Below, in pieces: positions 27,199-34,676 of a stretch of 52,387 bases of DNA. Every line of letters starts with the position of its first letter. Within the stretch, counting starts at the first letter, position 1. Source of the stretch: a bacterium. Its GTDB lineage: Bacteria; Patescibacteriota; Saccharimonadia; Saccharimonadales; DATKHC01. A program made the position numbers and the translations under genes. The stretch is taken from assembly GCA_021781215.1 (NCBI GenBank), contig JAJXXC010000007.1, positions 1 to 52,387 of the forward strand. Reading direction: 5' to 3'. Below the pieces are notes generated by a model. The model ran no database searches. It saw nothing but the letters and a program-made list of their open reading frames with translations, and was not told where the DNA came from.

Positions 27199-27828
27199 TC
27201 AGCATTTAGCCGTACTAAATACATTCGGATCACCTTCAGGGCGTGATCTTTTTAGTTCATAGAAACTTTTGTTAGTTGCGAGTAGCGAAAGGCCATCCCA
27301 CAATTTTAGTGACTCCTCTAGGTTGGGTAGCTCTTGAAGGACAGGCCCAAAGTAGCCATTTTTACTGCCATCATCTAAGACGAAAATAATTGTTGGCACG
27401 CCAATATCTTGACCGCAAATATCGGTTGCAGTTTTGATTGAGGCGCGTAATTGTTTGTCATAATTTTTGTCATCGGCTGCGTCTAATAATTTTGCGGGTA
27501 ACTTATGTTTTACTAGAACTTTAGCAATCATCTCGTCGTTGAATTCCATTCCAGCTACGTGATGTTGTATGCCGAAGTCAGTATATAAATCAATTATAGA
27601 TGCGTCATTGTCCTGTGCGGCTAAGATGACACGTAATACCCTGATCGAACTTCGAGCTAGGATGGCGTATTTTGACTTGTCACTAGTATCAAGCTGATTA
27701 TTTTTAATAGCAAGAGAAAACGGGCGCCAGCTAATATTTATATCACGGTGTTCGCTGACCATTAGTAGCCAACGGCTGGTGATCCAACAAAACGGACAAC
27801 CTGGATCAAAATAAAATTCTATATTCAT
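27199..27828 (-). CDS. DsbA-fold thiol oxidoreductase, Rv2466c (mycoredoxin-2 / mycothiol-dependent reductase)-like
   Basis: 209 aa. FYFDPGCPFCWITSRWL (CxxC), and C-terminal YFGPVL...KLWDG...FYELKRSRPEG is colinear with my recollection of mycobacterial Rv2466c. Confidence 0.6.
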   Translation of the reverse strand: MNIEFYFDPGCPFCWITSRWLLMVSEHRDINISWRPFSLAIKNNQLDTSDKSKYAILARSSIRVLRVILAAQDNDASIIDLYTDFGIQHHVAGMEFNDEMIAKVLVKHKLPAKLLDAADDKNYDKQLRASIKTATDICGQDIGVPTIIFVLDDGSKNGYFGPVLQELPNLEESLKLWDGLSLLATNKSFYELKRSRPEGDPNVFSTAKC

Positions 27829-27834
27829 TCTTCT

Positions 27835-27864
27835 AGTGTAGTCCCCAAGAAGTCAATGTTGCAA
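27835..27864 (-). promoter_or_regulatory. Promoter TTGCAA-18-TACACT, 6 nt before ATG 27828
   Basis: Read on the minus strand: TTGCAA (27859-27864), 18-nt spacer, TACACT (27835-27840). Confidence 0.5.
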
Positions 27865-27922
27865 GTTCTAAAGATGTCTTACGGACTATAAGATTTAATG
27901 TTTTGACCGGCCGACGTGTCTT

Positions 27923-28501
27923 CTACTCTTTTGATTTATGTTTTCTTGAGTTATATATTCTAATAATTCTTTGAATATTAAATAAGGCTATCAATCCGAT
28001 AATTGATATTATTTCAAAAGCGATCATCCAAATTGAGGTTAATCCAGTTTCCCAAAGTGCGCTAACCGTAGATATGGTTAGATGCATTAAGGCTAAATAT
28101 AGGCTCAGTGAAAAAATTCTACCAACAAAAAATGCCGCCCCTAGTAATGGCATCGGAATCTCTAATAATCCGGCAGCTTCAAATAGTTGAGCTGATGGTA
28201 GCGGAGATAAAACGAATAGCCCGATTATTGCCCACATACTCTTTTGCTTTCTATCGAGAATTTTTTGTGCCCGTTCAATATTTAATCTATACCGTTTGGG
28301 GATATGTATTTTCAGGCGTCTGGTAATCTTAGCTAGCAGTAATCTGCCTAGTGTTGTAGTCAGGGCTGTAATTAGTACTACTAATACTGGAGAGAGGCCA
28401 AATTGTTGCCTAAAGTAAACAGCAAATACCCAGGAAGGTGGTCCAAAAGCAGGTATAACTCCCGCTATAAATACAACCAATGCCAAAACTAGGTAGTGCA
28501 T
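27923..28501 (-). CDS. polytopic membrane protein (DedA/VTT-like, tentative)
   Basis: 192 aa with 4-5 TM helices and a basic central loop. Weak resemblance to SNARE-associated/DedA proteins. Confidence 0.4.
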   Translation of the reverse strand: MHYLVLALVVFIAGVIPAFGPPSWVFAVYFRQQFGLSPVLVVLITALTTTLGRLLLAKITRRLKIHIPKRYRLNIERAQKILDRKQKSMWAIIGLFVLSPLPSAQLFEAAGLLEIPMPLLGAAFFVGRIFSLSLYLALMHLTISTVSALWETGLTSIWMIAFEIISIIGLIALFNIQRIIRIYNSRKHKSKE

Positions 28502-28594
28502 AATAGGTATTATATAGCTACAGCGGTAATCACGGCCTAATTAGATCATTAATCTATCGGGCAATGGGGTAATAGTATTGGTAATAACAGCGTG

Positions 28595-29821
28595 TTATTC
28601 GAAGTCTGGACTCTGGGTAGCCATATTTTTATATATATACCAGCCCAATCCACCGGCAATAATCGCCGATACGCCACCGACTGCTAAACCAACTCTTGGG
28701 TTAGAATGATCACTTATAAATCCAATAATTGGTCCACCGATTGGTGTGGTACCCAAAAATCCAATTGACCATAGTGACATTACTCGTCCTCTCATCGTAG
28801 GCTTGCTGGTAAGTTGTAATATGGTGTTTCCAAGAGCAATAAACAGTACCGATAGAGCACCAACTAAAACTAGGGCTATTAAGGCAGTTGTTAGACTTGG
28901 CATAAATGCAGCAAGCAATATGCTAAGGCCAAAAAAGATAGCCGTCCATATAAGTTGTATCTCGCGGGAGGCTGATTGTCCGGCGGTGTATAAACCTCCT
29001 AAAATAGCTCCAACTCCAGTGGCTGCCATCATAATTGAATAGGTCTTAGCATTACCGTGCATAGTTATGGTGGCAAATAAAGGGAGAACCACCGGTAGCT
29101 CATAGGCAAATGTACCGATTATGAACATCATAACTAGTGTCGATTTTAATTTTGGTTCGTGCCATACATAATTGAGTCCGGCTAGAATTTGACCAGGTTC
29201 TTTAGTAGATATTGGTGCTCTGTGTAATTCATTCTCGCGCATCATAAATAAGGCTATTAAGACGGCTATATAGGAAATAGCATTAATTATGAAACACTCA
29301 CCGACTCCAACGCTAACAATTAACACTCCGGCTATTGATGGTCCAATAATCCTTGCTGCATTAACCATGGTTGAGTTAAGGGTGATGGCATTTTTAAGTC
29401 GTTCCCCACCAACCATTTCTATGACGAAGGATTGTCTGGTTGGATTATCTGCGACATTGATTAATCCCAAACAGATTGCCAGAAGATATATCATCCATAG
29501 TTGAGCAATATGAGTAATTACTAAAATGCCAAGAATTAATGCCAATATGCCGAAGGATATTTGGGTAACATACAAAACGTGTCTCTTATTGAACCGATCG
29601 GCAATCAGACCTCCCCAGACGCCTAATACTAAGACTGGTAGGAACTGGGCGGCTACAACCAATCCTAGTTGGGTCCCTGAATGGGTCATTTGTAGGACTA
29701 GCCACGATAGACCGATGGTTTGGATCCAGGTTCCCGACAAAGATATACCCTGCCCAATGATAAACAGCTTGAAATTCCTAACCTCAAGTGCTGCAAACGT
29801 GCGTTTGACTGCCAATTCCAT
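28595..29821 (-). CDS. MFS transporter (EntS/MFS_3-like)
   Basis: 408 aa with about 12 TM helices. GGLIADRFNKR motif between TM2 and TM3. Confidence 0.75.
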   Translation of the reverse strand: MELAVKRTFAALEVRNFKLFIIGQGISLSGTWIQTIGLSWLVLQMTHSGTQLGLVVAAQFLPVLVLGVWGGLIADRFNKRHVLYVTQISFGILALILGILVITHIAQLWMIYLLAICLGLINVADNPTRQSFVIEMVGGERLKNAITLNSTMVNAARIIGPSIAGVLIVSVGVGECFIINAISYIAVLIALFMMRENELHRAPISTKEPGQILAGLNYVWHEPKLKSTLVMMFIIGTFAYELPVVLPLFATITMHGNAKTYSIMMAATGVGAILGGLYTAGQSASREIQLIWTAIFFGLSILLAAFMPSLTTALIALVLVGALSVLFIALGNTILQLTSKPTMRGRVMSLWSIGFLGTTPIGGPIIGFISDHSNPRVGLAVGGVSAIIAGGLGWYIYKNMATQSPDFE

Positions 29822-29911
29822 CAGAATTACCTTTTTATATTAATTTACTTTCTATAATTATACGCTATAAAGAGATCATAATAATCATTTTTACAGAAAT
29901 TTTATGGTAGG

Positions 29912-29920
29912 TGATATACT
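29912..29920 (+). promoter_or_regulatory. Extended -10 TGaTATACT, 7 nt before ATG 29928
   Basis: Lies inside the 5' end of the track ORF 29904..30116, which argues for the downstream start. Confidence 0.5.
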
Positions 29921-29927
29921 ATCTGCT

Positions 29928-30116
29928 ATGGAAAAATTATCATTAGAAGGTGCCATACAGACAGATCCAGCGTCAATGGTTGCACCGATAGCAGGGACTA
30001 ATCTCGAGCGTGACGCTTTGCGATTATTAAAAGAAGTCGCACGCAATACTGGACATAGTGTCGAAGAAGTTATTGAAAATAATAGGTTAAATGGCCCAGC
30101 AGAGGCAAAAAATTAA
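29928..30116 (+). CDS. hypothetical small protein
   Basis: 62 aa from MEKLSLEG. No recognisable motif. Confidence 0.4.
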   Translation: MEKLSLEGAIQTDPASMVAPIAGTNLERDALRLLKEVARNTGHSVEEVIENNRLNGPAEAKN

Positions 30117-30168
30117 TTATTATTTGTCTATATTCTCAAAACTTAAACTTGATTATATTACAATCTAG

Positions 30169-30177
30169 TGTTATAAT
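30169..30177 (+). promoter_or_regulatory. Extended -10 TGtTATAAT, 8 nt before ATG 30186
   Basis: Perfect TGnTATAAT. No SD. Confidence 0.5.
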
Positions 30178-30185
30178 AGTGTTCC

Positions 30186-30560
30186 ATGAGTAAATACGAA
30201 ATATCTACGCCTAAAGAATTTTCCCTAAAAGATGAAATTACGTTAGCATTTATTTTCCATCCTAATGATATATATAGAGAACCAGGGTTGGTTATTTTAG
30301 ATATTCCAGACACAGAATTTCTGTTTGGTAGTATTAAGAATAAGCAAGGACGAAGTACACAGGTAGCGTTAGCTAAGTTTCAAGATAGTGAAGTTGCTAC
30401 TTTAATTGTTGATGGCAAGAAATATATTATTGGTGATCATGGCGCTATACCTGAGTCTTACGAGAGTAAGAACTACGACCCAAATGCTCTAGAGACTGAT
30501 TTAATGCAGATAATTAAAAATGTAACTTGGGGCTCAATTGATTCCGGATCGCCAATTTAA
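30186..30560 (+). CDS. hypothetical protein
   Basis: 124-aa ORF. No recognisable motif. Confidence 0.5.
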   Translation: MSKYEISTPKEFSLKDEITLAFIFHPNDIYREPGLVILDIPDTEFLFGSIKNKQGRSTQVALAKFQDSEVATLIVDGKKYIIGDHGAIPESYESKNYDPNALETDLMQIIKNVTWGSIDSGSPI

Positions 30561-30642
30561 TACTTTTAGAGCAGAGCAGCCGTTAATAAAATATTTTAGA
30601 AAGATTTGAGTGGTTGTGATGTTCAGACAATCACTCCTCTAA

Positions 30643-30651
30643 TGCTATAAT
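30643..30651 (+). promoter_or_regulatory. Extended -10 TGcTATAAT, 12 nt before ATG 30664 (promoter of the redox operon)
   Basis: Perfect TGnTATAAT. No SD in the 12-nt interval. Confidence 0.5.
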
Positions 30652-30663
30652 AAGTACAAAATT

Positions 30664-31767
30664 ATGCGGGTATATTTAGTACAAGATAATCAAAAAATAA
30701 CAGCTTCGACCTTGCTTTTGACACTTAAGCGAGACGATCAGGAACGTCCACTTGCCTTTCAGCCCGGTCAGTATGCAACTATTAGTTACGAGAAACGCGG
30801 TAAGCTATCAGTTGCTCGTTGTTTTTCAATTGTTAGCTCCCCTACTGATCAAAACATTCTGCAATTTAGTATGCGTGTTCGCGGACGCTTTACCACGGCA
30901 CTTAGTAAGCTGCAAAAAGGTGACATTGTCGATGTATCGGGACCCTTTGGTGGTTTTGTTCTCGATGTAACCAATGATAAAAAAGCAATTTTTATGGCCG
31001 GCGGAATCGGTATCACGCCATTCATGAGCATGCTGCGTTATCTGAGTGCTTTAAAAGATGATAACGATGTAACTTTGCTATACAGTTGCGCAACTCAGGA
31101 TGATGTGCCGTTTGGGGATGAGCTGCTATCAATTCAAGCCGCTCACCCAAACCTTAAAGTTATATTCGTGGTTGGCAAAGGTCCGACCGATAAGTTGCCA
31201 TCAAATCAGGTTGCTAACGGATACATTACAGCTGAACTGCTCGATAGAGTTACCGGCAATAATTATAAAGATCTTAGGTTTTTCATTTGTGGCCCACCAG
31301 TGTACATGAAACCTATGATTAACTTGCTCGCTAAACAAGGTGCTCCTAAGGCCAATATTTTAACCGAAGCTTTTACTCAGTCATCACCAAAACAGACGAG
31401 CACTCTACGTAGTTGGCCGGCTAACGTTTACGCTCTTGGTGCTATCAGCTTCGCACTTGGTAGCTTAGTGGTAATGGTTAGTGATCTTTTAAGAGCATTA
31501 CCACCAACTACATCACTTAGGCCTACCGCTGCTGCACCGTATATTATTACAAACGCTCGAGGGCAACAGCTCGACCAACTGGTTAACAGCATTCCTCCAT
31601 CACCGGATGTTATAACAGCGCCAACAACACCGGCGGTCAGTCAATCTTCGGGTGTTAGTCCCAGCACGATTAACCCACCGCCCCAGAATCTAGCTCCAAT
31701 ATACGCTGCGCCCATATCTGCACCAGCCCCTACCTGCCAAACAACACCGTCAGGAAGATGTATCTAG
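30664..31767 (+). CDS. FNR-family FAD/NAD(P)H oxidoreductase with a C-terminal TM anchor and a Pro/Ser/Thr-rich tail
   Basis: 367 aa. RCFS (RxYS-type FAD motif), SGPFGG, MAGGIGITPF (NAD(P)H loop), FICGPP. TM at about residues 251-276. The tail ends in CQTTPSGRC. Confidence 0.75.
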   Translation: MRVYLVQDNQKITASTLLLTLKRDDQERPLAFQPGQYATISYEKRGKLSVARCFSIVSSPTDQNILQFSMRVRGRFTTALSKLQKGDIVDVSGPFGGFVLDVTNDKKAIFMAGGIGITPFMSMLRYLSALKDDNDVTLLYSCATQDDVPFGDELLSIQAAHPNLKVIFVVGKGPTDKLPSNQVANGYITAELLDRVTGNNYKDLRFFICGPPVYMKPMINLLAKQGAPKANILTEAFTQSSPKQTSTLRSWPANVYALGAISFALGSLVVMVSDLLRALPPTTSLRPTAAAPYIITNARGQQLDQLVNSIPPSPDVITAPTTPAVSQSSGVSPSTINPPPQNLAPIYAAPISAPAPTCQTTPSGRCI

Positions 31768-31776
31768 GTTTTTTAA

Positions 31777-32721
31777 ATGCAGTATTATCAGGAATGTATT
31801 GCCCTAGGTAGCAAAACTGGACTGTCACTAGTTAGCAATTTATCACCAGCAAAAATTGAAAGTTTATACCGTGAACTCTGGAAGACAATCTTCTTGTTCG
31901 AACGACATTTTAGTCGGTTTTTACCTGACAGCGAACTGTCGATGTTTAATAAAAATGCCGGAGTAAAGCAAGTTGTAACCACTGAATTTCAGGCAATCTT
32001 AACGGCCGCCAGTAAAATCGCTCATGAGACAGATGGTTTATACAATCCGTTTATTCTGCCAGCTCTACAGGCGTCTGGTTACAGCCACTCCCGCGTACCG
32101 GGTCATGAGCAAGACGTGGTTGATGATCATTCAGATAAGTCGGTTGCAAACATAAATCAACTGGAGCTTGGTGACAATTGGGCAAAAATTCCCTATGGAA
32201 CTGCACTCGATCTTGGTGGCTGCGGCAAGGGTTATTTAGCCGATCAGCTTCGCAGTAAATTACCCAGTACGGTTACCGGCTACTGGTTTTCATTCGGTGG
32301 AGATATTGCGGTCGGCGGACACAATGAGCATAACCAACCGTGGTCTGTTACGGTTCAGGGCGCCGATGATTCATCCAAAAACATAGCTACTGTTAATGCA
32401 GCTGAAATAGCTGGAATTGCAACCTCAGGCACTACGGTTCATAGTGGTAAAAAATTAGGTAGGTCGTGGCATCATATTATAGACTCTAGAACCAACCATC
32501 CGGCCGAGACAGATGTTTTGCTGGCCACGGTCTGTGATGATTCAACATTCCGAGCCGATGTTTTAGCTAGCTGTGCCGTCATTTTGGGAAGCAAACAGGG
32601 TCTACAATTCCTTAGGGATCATGGAGTAAAAGCTGCGGTGTTACAATTTAAAACTGCTAAAGATAAGATTAATACAGTGCATTTCGGTAATGATATACTA
32701 TTAGAAACCATTTATGCGTAG
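31777..32721 (+). CDS. apbE: FAD:protein FMN transferase (ApbE family), no signal peptide
   Basis: 314 aa. FSRFLPDSELS, LDLGGCGKGYLAD, GGDIAVGG, GIATSG, WHHIIDSRTNHP. The N-terminus lacks a hydrophobic leader and a lipobox. Confidence 0.85.
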   Translation: MQYYQECIALGSKTGLSLVSNLSPAKIESLYRELWKTIFLFERHFSRFLPDSELSMFNKNAGVKQVVTTEFQAILTAASKIAHETDGLYNPFILPALQASGYSHSRVPGHEQDVVDDHSDKSVANINQLELGDNWAKIPYGTALDLGGCGKGYLADQLRSKLPSTVTGYWFSFGGDIAVGGHNEHNQPWSVTVQGADDSSKNIATVNAAEIAGIATSGTTVHSGKKLGRSWHHIIDSRTNHPAETDVLLATVCDDSTFRADVLASCAVILGSKQGLQFLRDHGVKAAVLQFKTAKDKINTVHFGNDILLETIYA

Positions 32722-33463
32722 ATTGTTTGTCATCACCAGCCTAATCATATTATTCTTTGTAGCCGGCTCTATTAACGGTATAACAGTTGTGGCTTCTGCG
32801 GCGACAGCAGCTACTGCTAAAAACCTGAGCACAGCTGATTCTCCTAACATTTTAGTTAACCCAGTACAGGGCCCTGCTGTATCGAAACAACTTGTAACAC
32901 GCGCACGATCTTCATGGCCTTGGTATATTACCCGTGCTGCGGGATTTGTAGCGGCTATTGCACTAGTATTGTTAATACTTTCGGGAATTGGTTTTATTAC
33001 TGGTGCAACATTTCGTTTTCTTGAACCATTAACAGCTTGGGCTACGCACAAGGCCATCGCTTACGTATTCGGTATAGCAGTTGTTGTACACGTTGTCGCA
33101 CTACTATTTGATAAATATGTACCGTTCACGATTGCTCAGGCTCTTGTACCATTTCTATCACATTATCGGACGGTGACAATTGCTGGTCATAATTTAGGGT
33201 CGCTATATGTAGCGCTAGGAGTTTTTGCACTTTATTTTGTGATTGCCATTATATTGACCTCCATCTTTTGGATAGATAAAAAACCACACACCTGGAAACT
33301 GTTCCATTTTATGTCCTATCTTATTATGATATTTGTATTTTTCCACGCATTGTATCTTGGCACTGATTTGATGCATGGCATATTTCGGGTGCTATGGATT
33401 ATTTTTGGTATCGTCGTAGCTATCGCTATTCTTTATCGTCTTCGAAGAAGGAATAAGGCATAA
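32714..33463 (+). CDS. ferric-reductase/NOX-type transmembrane domain protein (putative di-haem b)
   Basis: 249 aa with 6 predicted TM helices. His112-x13-His126 sit on one helix and His198-x12-His211 two helices later. 8-nt overlap with apbE. Confidence 0.6.
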   Translation: MRRLFVITSLIILFFVAGSINGITVVASAATAATAKNLSTADSPNILVNPVQGPAVSKQLVTRARSSWPWYITRAAGFVAAIALVLLILSGIGFITGATFRFLEPLTAWATHKAIAYVFGIAVVVHVVALLFDKYVPFTIAQALVPFLSHYRTVTIAGHNLGSLYVALGVFALYFVIAIILTSIFWIDKKPHTWKLFHFMSYLIMIFVFFHALYLGTDLMHGIFRVLWIIFGIVVAIAILYRLRRRNKA

Positions 33464-34086
33464 TGGCCCGAACTTCCGAATTGACTACAATCCGAGAAAG
33501 AAACAAACGCAAGCGTCTTGCTGGCTGGGTATTACTGTATCTACTGATCATTCTCGGCTTTATTTTTGTAATGTACTGGCAGACTAAGCGCATTAATACG
33601 CTTAACTTTGCTAGCGGCGTAATGCAACTAACTACCTCGAAAACCAAGTATACGGTTGGCGATACTGTAGCCTACACTCTTAAAAACGGCCTTAGCCAAC
33701 CGATTACACTAGTTAATTCTTGCCCAAAAGAACCTTTATACGTGTACTCGTGGACCAATAATTCATGGACCCGTATTCACGACACAGCAAAAGCATCTGC
33801 ATGTAGCGGTGAGCCTAAGCAACAAATCATAGCTCCCGGTGGATCATATACTCAAAGTCTAGCCAATTGGCCAAATCTTTTTAATAAGCCAGGGATTTAC
33901 CGTATTGTAGGATTAGCAAGTAACTACACAGCACTTCCATATGCCGATTTTCAAGTCGTAGCTAAACCGGTTCCGCCTGCCGTGCAAGTACAAACCCGAA
34001 CCCAGATAATTATTCAGAAAGTCATTACCCCAGTTTACATAACAGTACCAAGCTCCGGCGGCGGTAACGGTGGCGGTGATAATTAG
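33463..34086 (+). CDS. membrane-anchored extracytoplasmic beta-rich protein with a Gly-rich C-terminus
   Basis: 207 aa. TAATG start/stop overlap with the upstream gene. One N-terminal TM, two Cys, and a tail SSGGGNGGGDN. Confidence 0.5.
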   Translation: MARTSELTTIRERNKRKRLAGWVLLYLLIILGFIFVMYWQTKRINTLNFASGVMQLTTSKTKYTVGDTVAYTLKNGLSQPITLVNSCPKEPLYVYSWTNNSWTRIHDTAKASACSGEPKQQIIAPGGSYTQSLANWPNLFNKPGIYRIVGLASNYTALPYADFQVVAKPVPPAVQVQTRTQIIIQKVITPVYITVPSSGGGNGGGDN

Positions 34087-34116
34087 AATTTAATAAAAGT
34101 TTTTAATACAAAGAGA

Positions 34117-34665
34117 TTAATCAAATTTGTATAGATGGACTAGGCCTAATAAAACTAATAACACCATTACGCCGCTGCTAATGAATAGTACAATGGCTAC
34201 TATTTCTGCGATATAGCCAACTGTAGCAAATGCATAGGCATCCCCTAGTAATAGCCCCCTAAGAGTCTCACCCTGGAATAGGGTTGCGGCTTCGGCTTTA
34301 AGTTGAGCATTATTGGGGTTAGCTAGTGACTCTGCGCTAACTTGAGCATAGGTCTGGCCGTTAGCTATTTCGGATAAGTGAACGGCTATAAAGTGATTAG
34401 CATAGGCTTTAGCTTCTGGCCCGGTTAATAGCTGTTTGCCAGCATACTGATTAAGGTATGGTCCAATTTTTGGGCTAGCCAGTGCTGGACTACCGAGTTC
34501 CGGGAAGTAGATTTTTTGAGCAGATAGCTCGTTTCTAACATTCGAGGAGGTAAATGAATAGGTCCACCAAGCTAGGCCGCCCATCGATAATAGAATTATT
34601 GCTGTAAGGGTTCCAAATGAAATTAAAACTTTATCTAAGTATTTTCTACGATTTTTGCTAGTCAT
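34117..34665 (-). CDS. hypothetical membrane protein (N- and C-terminal TM, extracytoplasmic middle)
   Basis: 182-aa ORF starting 11 nt downstream of the preceding minus-strand gene. Confidence 0.5.
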   Translation of the reverse strand: MTSKNRRKYLDKVLISFGTLTAIILLSMGGLAWWTYSFTSSNVRNELSAQKIYFPELGSPALASPKIGPYLNQYAGKQLLTGPEAKAYANHFIAVHLSEIANGQTYAQVSAESLANPNNAQLKAEAATLFQGETLRGLLLGDAYAFATVGYIAEIVAIVLFISSGVMVLLVLLGLVHLYKFD

Positions 34666-34676
34666 ATTATGTATCC

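Noticed and set aside
28746-29843. Three plus-strand ORFs (28746-29042, 29289-29504, 29526-29843) opposite the MFS transporter gene.
   Set aside because: They are antisense to a 12-TM MFS gene with a conserved motif. They are typical antisense frames of hydrophobic genes.
32701-33057. 118-aa ORF antisense to the apbE/ferric-reductase-like junction, plus 31788-31982 and 33426-33647.
   Set aside because: These are shadow ORFs in the GC-richer operon, where stop codons are rarer. The sense-strand genes carry clear family motifs.
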